Shown one piece after another: positions 33,790-47,070 of a stretch of 64,000 nucleotides of DNA. Both the position numbers and the translations under genes were made by a program. Under the pieces are notes generated by a model. It had not been told where the DNA came from, searched no databases, and saw only the letters and a list, made by a program, of their open reading frames with translations. The stretch is from the human T2T-CHM13v2.0 reference genome, Homo sapiens: NCBI RefSeq assembly GCF_009914755.1, contig NC_060947.1. The stretch is one strand, 5' to 3'. Positions within the stretch are counted from its first letter, which is position 1; each line of letters opens with the position of its first letter.

Positions 33790-35490
33790 AATAACTTTTT
33801 ATTTTATTGTATTTTTATAAATTTAGGGGGCACAAGTGGAGTTTTGTCATATAAATATGGCATACTAATGGCATAAAATCTCAGGCTTTTTAGTGCAACT
33901 GTTTTCTCAGTCTTTATGTCCAGGTGTACACACTGATTAGCTCTCACTTATAAATGAGAAAATGTTGTATTTGACTTTCTCTTTCTGAGTTGTTTTAGTT
34001 AAGGTAATGGTGTTCAGTTCTATACATGCTGCTGAAAAAGACATGATTTTATTCTTTTCTCTGACTTTGTAGCAGTCTACAGTGTGTGTGTGTGTGTGTG
34101 TGTGTAACAATTTCTTTATCCAAACATCTGTTAATATACATTTGGGTTGATTCCATGACTTTGGTATTGTGAATAGTGCTACAGCAAACATACAGGCACA
34201 GGTGCCATTTTTCTATAATTATTTCTTTTCTTTTGGGTAGATATTCAGTGGTTGAATTGCTGTGTAAGAGTGTAATGCTATTTTTACTTCTTTGCAAAAT
34301 TCACATATTGTCTTTTGCAGAAGATGTTGTACAAATTTACATTTTCTCCCACAGTGTGTGTTACCTTTTCTCTGCATCGTCATCAACACCAGTTGTTTTT
34401 TTGACTTTGTAGTACTAGCCATTCTCATTGGTATATGTTGGTATCACATTGCGGTTTAAATTTGCATGTATCTGCTGATTAGTGACACTGAGCAGTTTCT
34501 AATATGTTTGTTGGCTGCTTGTATGTCTTTTTTTTGAAAAATATCTGCTCTTATCCTTTACCCAATTTTAATGGAGTTATTTGTTTATATTCTTGTAGAG
34601 CGTTTGAGTTTCTTGTAAATTATGGATATTAGTTAATTGGCAAATGCATGGCTTACAAATATTTTCTCCCATTCTGTAGGTTGCCAGTTTATGCTGTTGA
34701 TTATTTCAGCAGATTATTTCACAGCTTCAATCAGAAGCTGTGTAGAAGATTTTTAGTTTAATTAAGATCCACTTGACTATTTTTCTTTTTCTTGCATTTG
34801 CTTTTAAGATTTTATTTATAAATTCTTTGCCTAGGTGAGTATCTGGAAAAGTTTTTTCTAGATTGTATTCTATAATTTTTATAGTGGTAAGTACTACCTT
34901 TAAGCCTTTAACTCTTCTTGAGTTAATTTCAGTATATGGTGAAAGATGGGAGTCCAGTCTCATTCTTCTGCCTATGACTATCCAATTATCACAGCACCAT
35001 TTATTAAATAGGGTGTCATTTCCCCAGTGTATATTTTTGTCCGCTTTGCCAAAGATCAGTTAGTTTTAGGTATGTTGCATTATTTCTGGGTGCGCTATTT
35101 TGTTCCATTGATCTATGTGTCTATTTTTATACCAGTTCCATGCTGCTTTGGTTAGCCTTGTGGTATAACCTGGAGTCAGGTAATGTAATGTTGCCATCTT
35201 TGTTCTTTTGGCTTAGAACTTCTTTCACTCTTTGGGTTCTTTTTTGGTCCTATATTAATTTTAGGATTGCTTTTTCTAATTCTGTGAGAAATGGCATTGA
35301 CAAATTAACAAAAATGGATGGAATCTAAATTGTGCTTTGGGCAGCATGGTCATTTAAACAATGTTGATTTTTCCAATTCATGAGCATGGGATGGTTTTCC
35401 ATTGGTTTGTGTCATCTATGATTTCTTTCAGCAGTGTTTTGTAGTTCTCTTGTAGAAATCTTTACGTACTTGGTTAAATGTATTCATAGG
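33790..35490 (-). mobile_element. L1MA/L1PB4-like 3' part
   Basis: Diverged 3'UTR and antisense ORF2 C-terminus. Confidence 0.75.
34082..34105. repeat. (GT)n microsatellite
   Basis: About 12 GT units. Confidence 0.95.
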
Positions 35491-38431
35491 TATTTTATTT
35501 TATTTTTTATTAATTTTTATTTTTATTTTAAATTCTGGGGTACATGAGCAAGATGTGCAGGTTTGTTACATAGGTAAATCCTGTGCCATGGTGATTTGCT
35601 GCACCTATCAACCCATCACCTAGGTATTAAGCACAGCATGCATTAGCTGTCTTTCCTAATGCTTTCCTTCCCCCTACCCCATCCCTCAACAGACCTCAGT
35701 GTGTTTTGTTTTCCTCCCTATGTCCATGAGTTGTCACTGTTCAGCTACCACTTATGAGTGAGAACATGCAGTGTTTGGTCTTCTCTTCCTGCGTTAGTAT
35801 GCTGAGGATAATGGCTTCCAGCTCCATCCATGTCCCTGCAAAGGGCATGATTTTGTTCTTTTTTATGGATGCATAGTATTCCATGGTGTATATGTACCAT
35901 ATTTTATTTATTTAGTATATCACTGATGGACATATGGGTTGATTCCATGTCTTTTCTATTGTGAATAGTGCTGCATTGAACATACATGTGCATGTATCTT
36001 TGTAATAGAATGATTTATATTCCTTTGGGTATATACCCAGTAAAGGGAATGCTAGGTCAAATTGTATTTCTGGTTCTACATTTTTGAGGAATTTCTACGC
36101 TGTCTTACACAATGATTGAACTAATTTATTTTCCCACCAACAGTGTAAAAGTATTCCTATTTCTCTGCAACCTCGCCAGCATCTGTTCTTTCTTGACATT
36201 TTAATAATTGTCATTCTGACTGTCATAAGATGGTATTTTATTGTGGTTTTGATTTGGATTTTGATAATGATCAGTGATGTTGAGGTTTTTTTCACATGTT
36301 TATTGGCCACACAAATGTCATCTTTTGAGAAGTGCCTTTTCATGTCCTTTGCCCACTTTTTGATGGGGTTGTTTGTTTGTTTTCTTGTAAATTTGTTTAA
36401 GTTTCTTGTAGATTCTAGATATTATAACTTTGTCAGATGGATAGACTGCAAAATTTTTCTCCCACTCTGTAGGTTGCCTGTTTGCTCTAATTATAGTTCC
36501 TTTTGCTGTGCAGAAGCTCTTTAGTTTAATTAAATCCCATTTGTCAATTTTTGCTTTTGTTGCAATTGCTTTTGAGGATTTCATCATGAAATCTTTTCCC
36601 ATTCCCATGACCTGAATAGTATTGCCTAGATTTTCTTCTAGTGTTTTTTTTTTTATCGTTTTGGGTTTTACATTTAAGTCTTTAATCCATCTTGAGTTAA
36701 GTTTTGTGTAAGGTGTAAGGAAGGGGTCAAATTTCAGTTTTCTGGATATGGTAGCCAGTTCTCCCAGCAGCATTTATTAAATAGGGAATCTTTTCCCTAT
36801 TACTTGTTTTTGTCAGGTTTGTTAAAGATCAGATGGTTGTAAATGTGTGGTCTTATTTCTGAGTTATCTATTCTGTTCCATTGGTCTATGTGTCTGTTTT
36901 TGTACCATTATCATGCTGTTTTGATTATTGTAACCTTGTAATATAGTTTGAAGTTCTGTAGCGTGATGCCTCCAGCTTTGATCTTTTTGCTTAAGGTTGT
37001 CTTGGCTATATGAGCTCTTTTTTCATTTCGTATGAGTTTTAAAATAGTTTATTCTAAATCTGTGATGTATGTCAATGGTAATTTAATGGGAATAGCATTA
37101 AATCTAGAAATTAATTTGTGCAGTACGTCCATTTTTATAATATTGATTCTTTATATCCATGAGCATGGAATGCTTTTTTATTTGTTTGTGTCCTCTTTGA
37201 TTTCCTTCACTAGTGGTTTATAGTTCTCCTTGAAGAGGCCCTTCACTTCCCTTATTTGCTGTATTCCTAAGTATTTTATTCTCTTTGAAGCAATTGTGAA
37301 TGGGACGTCATTCATGATTTTGCTCTCTGCTTGCCTGTTGTTGGTGTATAGGAATGCTTGTGACTTTTGCATATTGATTTTGTACCCTGAGGCTTTGCTG
37401 AAGTTGCTTATCACCTTCAGAAGCTTTTGGGTGAGACGATGGGGTTTTCTATATATAGGATCATGACATCTGCAAATAAAAAATTTGACTTCCCCTCTTC
37501 TTATTTGAATACCCTTTATTTCTTTCTCTTAGCTGATTGCCCTGGACAAAAATTAAAATACTATGTTGAATAAGAGTGTTGGGAGAAGTCATCCTTATCT
37601 TGTGCCAGTTTTTAAGAGGCATGCTTTCAGCTTTGCCCATTCAGTGTAATATTGGCTGTGGGTTTGTCATAATTGGCTCTTATTATTTTGAGGTATGTTC
37701 CTTCAATACCTAGTTTATTGAGAGTTTTTAACATGTAGCAATGTTGAATTTTATTGAAGGCCTTTTCTGCATTTATTGCAATCATCATGTGGTTTTTGTC
37801 TTTAGATCTGTTTATGTGATGAATTATGTTTATAGATATGTGTATATTGAACCAGCCTTCCATCCCAGGGATGAAGCCAACTTGATCATGGTGGATAAGG
37901 TTCTTGATGTGCTGCTGTATTTGGCTTGCTGGTATTTTATTGAGAATTTTCGCATAAATGCTTATCAGGGATATTGTTATATTTTTCTTTTTTAGTTGTA
38001 TTTCTGCCAGGTTTTGGTATCAGGATGATGCTGGTCTCATAGAATGAATTAGGGAGACACTCTTTTTTAAATTTTTTTCCAATAATTTATTGAGGTACAT
38101 GTGGTATTTCATTACATGAGTAAGTTCTTTGGTGGTAATTTGTGTGATTTTGGTGCACCCAACACCCCAGCAGTCTACATTGCACTATATTTGTAGTCTT
38201 TATTCCTTGCCACCCCACCCATCTTCCCCCATTCCCCCAAGTCCTCAAAGTCCATTGTATCATTCTTATGCCTTTGCGTCCTCATAGCTTAGCTCCCACA
38301 CATCAGTGAGAACATATGATGTTTGGTTTTCCATTCTGAGTTACTTCACTTGAAATAAGAGTCTCCAATCTCATCCAGGTCACTGCAAATGCTGTTAATT
38401 CATTCCTTCTTATGGCTGAGTAGTATTGCAT

Positions 38432-38575
38432 CATATATATATATATAAATATATGTATATATATATATGATGTGAATATATATATATGATGGAATATATA
38501 TATGATGGAATATATATATGATGGAATATATATATATGATGGAATATATATATATGATGGAATATATATATATAT
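38432..38575. repeat. AT-rich minisatellite, unit GATGGAA(TA)n
   Basis: Five GATGGAATATATA units plus one variant, 16-18 bp each. Confidence 0.92.
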
Positions 38576-40410
38576 CACTGTTTCTTTATCTACTAGTTGA
38601 TTGATGGGCATTTGCGTTGGTTTCATGATTTTGTAATTGTGAATTGTGCTGCTATAAACATGCCTGTGCAAGTATCTTTTTCGAATAATAACTTATTTCC
38701 CTCTGGATAGATGCCCAGTAGTGGGACTGCTGGATCAAATGGTAGTTCTAATTTTATTTCTTTAAGGAATCTCCCCACTGTTTTCCATAGTGGCTATGCT
38801 AATTTACATTCCCACCAGCAGTGAAGTGTTCCCTAATCACTGCATCCACACCAACATCTACTGTTTTTTTTTTTAATGGCCATTCTTGCGGCAGTAAGGT
38901 GGTATCACATTGTGGTTTTGATTTGCATTTTCCTGATCATTAGTGATGTTGATTGAGCATTTTTTCATGTTTTTTGGCCATTTGTGTATCTTTTTTTTTT
39001 TTTGTAAATTGTCTATTCATGTCCTTAGCCCACTTTTTGATGAAATTGTTTTTTTTTTCTTACTGATTTGTTACAGTTCATTGCAAATTCTGAATATTAG
39101 TCTTTGTCAGATGTACAGATTGTGAAGATTTTCTCCCACTCTGTGGGTTGTCTGTTTACTCTGCTGATTGTTCCTCTTGCCATGCAAAGCTCTTTAGTTT
39201 AATTAGGTCCCAGCTATTTATCTTTGTTTTTCTTGCATTTGCTTTTGGGTTGTTAGTCATCAAATTATTGCCTGAGCCAATGTCTAGATGGATTTTTCCA
39301 ATGTTAACTTCTAGAATTTTTATAGTTTCAGGTCTTAGGTTAAAGTCCTTAATCCACCTTGAGTTGATTTTTTTATAAGGTGAGAGATAAGGATCCAGTT
39401 TCATACTTCTGCATGTGGCTTGTCAATTATCCCGGCACCATTAGTTTAAAAGGGTGTCCTTTCCTCACGTTATGTTATTTTTTGTTTGTCGAAGATCAGT
39501 TGGCTGTAAGTATTTGGGTGTATTTCTGGGTTCTTTATTCTGTTCTGTTAGTCTATGTGCCTATTTTTATACTGGTACCGTGCTGTTTTGGTGACTATGG
39601 CCTTAAAGTATAGTTTGAAGTCAGGTAATGTTTTGCCTCCAGAATTTTGGTTGTTGCTTAGTATTCCTTTTGGTATGTGGGCTCATTTTTGTTACATATA
39701 TGTTAGGATTGTTTTTTCTAGTTCTGTGAAGAATTATGTTGATAGTTCGATGGGAATTGCATTGAATGTGTAGATTGCTTTAGGCTGTATGGTCATTTTC
39801 ACTATATCAATTATACCCATCCATGAGCATGGGATGTGTCTTCATTTGTTGTGTCATCTATGATTTTATTCAGCAGTGTTTTGTAGTTTTCCTTGTAGAG
39901 GTCTCTTGACTCTTTGGTTAACTATATTCCCAGGTTTTTTTGTTTGTTTGTTTTTTGGTTTTTGTTTGTTTTTGCAGCTATTGTAAAAGGCATTGAGTTC
40001 TTAATTTGATTCTCCACTTGGTTGCTGTTAGTGTATAGGAGAGTTACTCATTTGTGTACATTAATCTTGTATCTGGAAACTTTGCTGAATTCTTTTGTCA
40101 GTTCTAGGAGCTTTCTGTAGGAGTCTTTAAATTTTCAAAGAAAACAATTATATAGTCATCAGTGACAGTTTGACTTCATCTTTACCATTTGGATGCCTTT
40201 TATTTCTTTCTCTTGTCTGATTGCTCTGGCTAGGACTTCCAGTACTGTGTTGAAGAAGAGTGGTAAGAGTGGGCATCCTTTTTTCTTACAGCTCTCAGAG
40301 AAAATGCCTTCCACTTTTCCCCATTCAGTGTTATGTTAGCTGTGAGTTTGTCATAGAAGGCTTTTATTACATTAAGGTATGTTCTTCGTATGCTGATTTT
40401 GCTGAGAGCA

Positions 40411-41181
40411 TTTTTTTCATTAAATCTATCTATTTTAAAAAATATTTTTATGAACTTGTGGCTATACATAGGTTGGGGCATTTTTGTATTGCTCTTTTTG
40501 GGATTTTGGTGTTTTTAAAAAGATTTCACTTTAAGTTCTGGGATACATGTGCAGAATGTGCAGGTTTGTTACATAGGTATACATGTGCCATGATGGTTTG
40601 CTGCACCCATCAACCCGTCATCTAGGTTTTAAGCCCCACATGCATTAGGTATTTGTCCTAATGCTTTCCCTGTCCTTGCACCCCACCAATGACAGGCCCC
40701 GGTGTGTGATATTCTCCTCCCTGTGTCCATGTGTTCTCATTGTTCAACTCCCACTTATGAGTGAGAACATGCAGTGTTAGGTTTTCTGTTCCTGTGTTAG
40801 TTTGCTGAGAATGATGGTTTCTAGCTTCATCCATGTCCCTGCAAAGGACATGAACTCATTCTTTTTTTTGTGGCTGCATAGTATTCCAGGGTATATATGT
40901 GCCATATTTTCTTTAACCAGTCTATCATTGATGGGCATTTGCGTTGGTACCAAGTCTTTGCTATTGTGAATAGTGCTGCAATCAACATACATGTGCATGT
41001 GTCTTTATAATAGAACGATTTATAATCCTTTGGGTATATACCCATAATGGGATTGCTGGGTCAAATAGTATATCTGGTTCTAGATTCTAGAGGAATTATC
41101 ACACTGTCTTCCACAATGGTTGAACTAATTTCAGTCCCATTAACAGTGTAAAAGCATTCCTATTTCTTCACATTCTCTCCA
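40411..41181 (-). mobile_element. L1PA7/8-like 3' fragment with extra 3' sequence, nested in L1PB1
   Basis: L1 3'UTR from ~40525; non-L1 40418-40524; T-run from 40411; host resumes at 41183. Confidence 0.82.
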
Positions 41182-44100
41182 CAGAGTTTCAATCATCATG
41201 AAATGCTACATTTTGTTGAGTGCTTCTTCTGCATCTATTGAAATAATCGTGTGATTTTTGTTTTTAATTTTTTTATGTGGTATATCAATTCATTGTTTTG
41301 CATATGTTAAACCATCCCTGCATCCCTGGTATGAAACCCACTTGTTCATGGTGGATTATCTTTTTGGTATGTTGTTGAATTCAGTTAGCTAGTATTTTGT
41401 TAAGGATTTCAGCATCTATGTTCATCAAAAATATCGGTCTGTAGTTTGGTTTTTTTTGTTGTTGTTGTTATGTCATTTCCTGTTTTTGGTATTACTGTGA
41501 TGCTGGATTCATAGAATGAATTAGGGAGGGATCTTTCTTTCTCTGTCTTGTAAAATAATGTCAAAAGGATTGGTACAAGTTCTTCTTTGAATGTCTGGTA
41601 GAATTCTGCTGTAAATCTGTCAGGTCCTGGACTTTTTTGTTTTGGTAATTTTAAAATTACCATTTCAATCTCACTGCTTGTTATTGGTCTGTTCAGGGTA
41701 TCTAATTCTTCCTGATTTAAGCTATGAGGGTTGTATTTTTCCAGGAATTTATCCATCTCTTCTAGGTTTTCTAGTTTATATGCATAAAGGTGTTCATAGT
41801 AGCCTTGAATGATCTTTTGTATTTCAGTGGTGTAAGTTGTAATATTTCCTTTTTTTGTGTGGTAATTTGTATGTTCTCTCTTCTTTTCTTCGTTAATCTT
41901 GCTAATGGTCTATCAAGTTTATTTACCTTTTCAAAGAACCTGCTTTTTGATTCATTTATCTTTTGTATTTTTTATTTCAATTTTATTTTGTTCTGCTCTG
42001 ATCTTGGTTATTTCCCTTCTGATGGGGTTGTGTTTGGTTTGTTCTTGTTTCTCAAGTTCCTTGAGGAGTGATCTTAGAATGTGTTTGTGATCTTTTAGTC
42101 TTTGTATTGCAGGCATTTAGGACTATGAACTTTTCTTTTATCTCCACCTTTGCTGTATCCCAGAGGTTTTGGTAGATTGTGTTATTATTGTCGTTCAGTT
42201 CAAAGAATACTTTATTTCCATCTTAATTTCATTTTTGATAGTTTCAGAAAAAAAATGGTACCGTCTCCTGTTTGTATTTCTGTTAGAATTCAGCTGTAAA
42301 TCCATCTGGTCCTGGGCTTTTTTTGGTTTGTAGGCTATTTATTACTGTCTCAATTTCAAAACTCATTATTTGTCTATTCAGGGATTCAATTTTTTCCTCA
42401 TTCAGTCTTGGGAGGGTGTGTGTGTCCAGGAATATTTCCATTTCTTCTAGATGTTCTAGTTTATTTGCATAGAGGTGAGTATAGTATTTTGTGATAGCTT
42501 TTTCATTTCTGTGACACTAGTTGTGATATCCCCTTTATCATTTTTTATTATGTCTATTTGATTCTTCTCTCTTTTCTTCTTAGTCTAGCTAGCAGTTTAT
42601 CTATTTTATTTATTTTTCTAAAAAGGCTCCTGCATTCATTAATTTTTTTGGAGGGTGTTTTGTGTCTCTATCTCTTTCAGTTCCACTCTGATCTAGATTA
42701 TTTCTTTTTTCTGCTATCTTTGGGGGTTTGTTTGCTCTTAGTTCTCTAGTTCTTTTAGTTGTAATGTTAGGGAGTTGATTTGAGATCTTTCTAGATCTTT
42801 GATGTGGATTTATAGTGCTTAAAATTTCCCACTTAACAGTGCTTTAGCTGCATCCCAGAGATTCTGTTATGTTTTATCTTTGTTATCATTGGTTTCAAAG
42901 AACTTCTTGATTCCTGCCTTAATTTCGTTATTTACCCAAGATTCATTCAGGAGCAGGTTGCTCAATTTTCATGTGTTTATGTGGTTTTGAGTGAGTTTCT
43001 TAATCTTGAGTTCTAATTTGATTGCCTTGTGGTCTGTGAGACTGGTATGATTTCAGTTCTTTTGCATTTGCTGAAGAGTGATTTACTTTTAATTACATTA
43101 CAAATTTTAGAGTAAGTTCCATGTGGTGCTGAGAAGAATGTATATTCTGTCGCTTTGCTGTAAAGAGTTCTGCAGATATCTATCAAGTTCACTTGATTTA
43201 GAGTTGAGTTCAAGTCCTGAATATCTTTGTTAATTTTCTGTTATGATGATCTGTCTAATATTGACAGTGGGGTGTTAAAGTATTCCACTGTTATTGTGTG
43301 GGAGTCTAAGTCTGTTTGTAGGTCTCCAAGAACTTGTTTTATAAATCTGGGTCCTCCTGTATTGGGTGCATATATATTTAGGGTAGTAAGCTCTTCTTGG
43401 TGAATTGAACTCTTTACTACTAAATAATGCCCTTCTTTGTCTTTTTTGATATTTGTTGGTTTATAGTCTGTTTTGTCAGTAACTAGCATTGCAACCCTGG
43501 CTCTTTTCTGTTGGTAAATTTTTCTCCATTTTTTAAAAATTTTGAGTCTATGTGTGTCTTTGCATGTGATATGGGTCTCTTTTATACAGCACATCAATGG
43601 ATTTTGACTCTATCTAATTTGCCTATCTGTCTTTTATTTGGGGAATTTAGCCCATTTACATTTAAGGTTGATATTTTTATGGGTGAATTTGATCTTATCA
43701 TCATGATTCTAGCTGGTTATTTTGCAGACTTGTTTATGTGGTTGCTTCATAGGGTTAGTGTTTTTTGTACTTCAGTGTGTTTTTGTAGCGGCTGGTAATG
43801 AATTTTCCTTTCCACATTTAGTGTTTTTTTCAGGAGCTCTTGCAAGGTAGGCCTGGTGGTGATGAATCTCCTCAGCATTTGCTCTTCTGAAAAATATTTT
43901 CTCTTTTGCTTCTAAACCTCAATTTTGCAAAATATGAAATTCTAAGTTTGAAATTCTTTAAGAATGTTTAATATTGGCACCCAATCTCTTCTGGCTTGTA
44001 CAGTTTTCACCGAGAAGTTTTCGTTAGTCTGATGTGCTTCCCTTTTATACGTTACCTGGTCTTTCTCTCTGGTTGCTCTGAACATTTTTTTCTTCATTAT

Positions 44101-46154
44101 GACTTTGAGAATCTGAAGATTTTGTGTCTTAAGGTTGATCTTCTTGTGGAGCAACTTACTGGGGTTCTCTGGATTTCGTAAATTTGAATGTTGGCCTGTC
44201 TTGCTATGTTGTGGAAATTCTTTTGGATGATATCCTAAAGTGTGTTTTCCATCTTGATTCCATTCTTCCCATCTCTTTAAGGTATCAGTCATAGATTTGG
44301 TCATTTAACATGATCCCATCATTTTGGAAGGTTTTGTTTGTTTCTTTTTATTCTTTTTTTTCTAATCTTGTCTGCCTGCCTTATTTCAGCAAGATAGTCT
44401 TCAAGCTCTTATATCCTTTCTTTTGCTTGGTCTATTTAGCTACTGATAATTGTGTTTGCATTGTGAAGTTCTCATGTTGTGTTTTTCAGCTCCATCAGGT
44501 CATTTGTGTTCCTCCCTAAACTGGTTATTCTGGTTAACAGCTCGTTAATGTGTTATCATTGCTTTTAGCTTCTTTGCAATGAGTTTGAACATACTTCTTT
44601 AGCTCAGCAAAGTTCATTATTGCCCATCTGCTGAAGCCTACTTCTGTCAATTAATCCTTATCAGCCTCAGCCCAGTTCTGTGCCCTTGCTGGAGATGTGT
44701 TGCGATCAGCTGGAGGAGAAGCACTCCGCGTTTTTGAATCTTCAGCACTTTTGTGCTCATTTTTTCTCATCTTCATGGTCTAATCTACGTTTGATCTTGA
44801 AGGCTGCTGACCTTTGGATGGGGTTTTGTGGGGTCTTCTTTTGATGTTGTTGTTGCTTTCTGTTTGTTTTTCTTCTGGCAGTCAGACCCCTTTTCCATAG
44901 GGCTGCTGCAGCTTGCTGGGGATCCACTCCAGACCCTATCTCCCTGAGCCCCTCCCACCCCTGGAAGGATCACCAGTGGAGGCTGCAGACCAGCAAAAAT
45001 GGCAGAATTATACTTCTTCTGGCAGGTCTGTCCCAGAGGGGCACTGACCTGTTGCTGGCTGGAACAGTCCTGTATGAGGTGTCCGAAGACACATGTTGGG
45101 AAGGCTCACCCAGTCAGAAGAAGCAGAATCAGGGACCCACTTAAATAAACAGTTGGCTGCCCCTTGGCAAAGTGGGTGGGCTGGGCGGAGGAGGGGAATC
45201 TCCCTCGTCCAGGCTGCTCTGACTCTTCAGAACCATCAGGCAGAAAAGACTAAGACCGCTGATCTACAATACTGCAGCTGCCCCTCTTCCTAGGGGCTCT
45301 TCTCAGGAAGATCAGAGTTCTGTCCACAAACCCCTGGCTGGGGATACTGAAATTTCCGCAGGGAAGCCCCATCTGGTAAGGAGGGGTGCACCAGGGTCCC
45401 ACTTAAAAATGCTATCTGGCCACAAACTGACCCAGCTGCTATGCTGTGCTGTGGGAAATTACTCCCAGTTGTAACTGCCCAGTCTTGCTGGCACTAGTGG
45501 CAGGGGAAAATGGCCTACTGTAGCCACAGTCATGGTGGCCACCCCTCCCCCTCAGGAACTTGATCTTTTTAGGCAGTCTCCAGCCTGCTGCGCTGGCCGG
45601 TGGGGATTCTAAGCCAGTGGGTTTTAGCTTGTGGGGATGTGTGGGAGCAAGGTTGCTTAGCTCCCACTCTTTAGCCCCCTTCCCATGGGAGTGAATGGAC
45701 CTCCTGCCTCACCAGAATTTCCAGAGCTGGTGTTTGCAAATACTTCTGTGTCTCAGTGCCTGCTCAATAGGCTGCCCACCTGAGCAGCTGCCATAAGTCT
45801 GCACAGCTCTGTGCTTGGGACCCAAGGCCCTGGTGGCATGAACTCATGAGGGGAACACCTGAGCCATGGGTTGAAAGGACCCATGGGAAGAGTGTGGTTT
45901 TCAGAGATGGGTAGCACAATCTCCCACCACCTCCCTTGGCTGCCAGAGGGAGCTCCCTTTGGCCTGTGCAGCTTCCGGGTAGGCCATCACTCCACCCTGG
46001 TTTTCCTTGCTCTTGTGGGTCACGCCAACCACCTAGTCAGTCTTAATGAGAGAACCTTTGTACCTTAATTGAAGATCAGGAATTCACTCACCGTTTTCAT
46101 CCTTCTACATGGGAGCTGCAGGGCAAAGTTGTTATCTATGTGCCAATTTGAATC

Positions 46155-46645
46155 TTTTTTTTCCTGCTTAATGTAGCTAGCACTGTTTCAGCTTTATTTT
46201 TTCAATGAATCAACTTTTCATTTCCTTGATCCTTTGTATTGTTTTTCTTGTCTCAATTTTATTTAATTCTGCTCTTATGTTTCTTGTCTTTTTTCTGTTA
46301 GCTTTGAGTTTGTTTTATTCTTGTTTCTCTAGTTTCTTGAGGTGCAATGGTACATTGTTAATTTGTGATCATTCTTGTTTCAATTTGTTTTATTCTTGTT
46401 TCTCTAGTTTCTTGAGGTGCAATGTTACATTGTTAATTTGTGATCATTCCATCTTTTTATGAAGATGTTTAACACCATACACTTCCCTTTTAGCACTGCT
46501 TTTGCTGTATTCCAGAGCTTTTGGTATGTTTTGTTTCCATTTTAATTGGTTTCAAAAAGTATTTTTAATTTCAACCTTAAATTCATCATTGACCCAAGGT
46601 CATTCAGGAGTAGGTTGTTTAATTTTCATGTACCTGTATAGTTTT
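46155..46645 (-). mobile_element. L1MA/L1PB4-like ORF2 fragment (resumes at 53879-54200)
   Basis: ...CATGTACCTGTATAGTTTT joins colinearly to ATAGTTTTTAGAATTTCTC...TTTTATTCCACTGTAG. Confidence 0.75.
46309..46449. repeat. 66-bp tandem duplication with 9-bp spacer
   Basis: 46309-46374 vs 46384-46449, one mismatch. Confidence 0.93.
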
Positions 46646-47006
46646 ATTTTATTTTATTTTATTTTAAGATAGTTTAATTGACCAAGAAAAAATTTACAAA
46701 TCAGGCGGCCTCCCAAGCCAGAGTAGGCTCAGAGACTCCAGTGTGACCACATGGTGGAAGAAGATTTATGAACAGAAAAAGAAAGGGAATGTACAGAAAA
46801 TGGAAGTTACAGGTTGGTGTTTGCCTTATGTGAACACAGTTCAAAGAGTTGACCACATTTGATTGGCCAAAACTCGGTGATTGGCACAAGAGTAGGCTAT
46901 GGTCTGTTCATATCTCCACATGTTATACTTCAGGATGTACAGCAAAACCTTTAGGATGCACTTAACATATGTAAGGAGGGAGCTTTACACTAAACTTTAT
47001 TTAACA
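46646..47006 (-). mobile_element. MER57-like LTR lacking its U5 end, followed by an (AAAAT)n tail
   Basis: Minus strand TGTTAAATAAAGTTTAGTGTAAAGCTCCCTCCTTACATAT...CCAATCA boxes...CAATTAAACTATCTT then (AAAAT)4. Confidence 0.8.
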
Positions 47007-47070
47007 CTAGGAACTGTATTTTACAAAGGACAATAGCTAACTGTGTAGCACTCTGTACAGATTATATTCT

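Larger units (their letters stand above)
38067..42236 (-). mobile_element. L1PB1-like 5'-truncated L1, nested
   Basis: TTACATGAGTAAGTTCTTTGGTGGT...GATTTTGGTGCACCC 3' end; antisense ORF2. Confidence 0.82.
35495..46152 (-). mobile_element. Near full-length L1PA10/11-like L1 (35495-38066 plus 42237-46152)
   Basis: 3'UTR, ORF2, ORF1 and GC-rich 5'UTR are colinear across the nested L1PB1. Confidence 0.8.

Noticed and set aside
38432-38575. CRISPR-like array
   Set aside because: No unique spacers, low complexity, eukaryotic context
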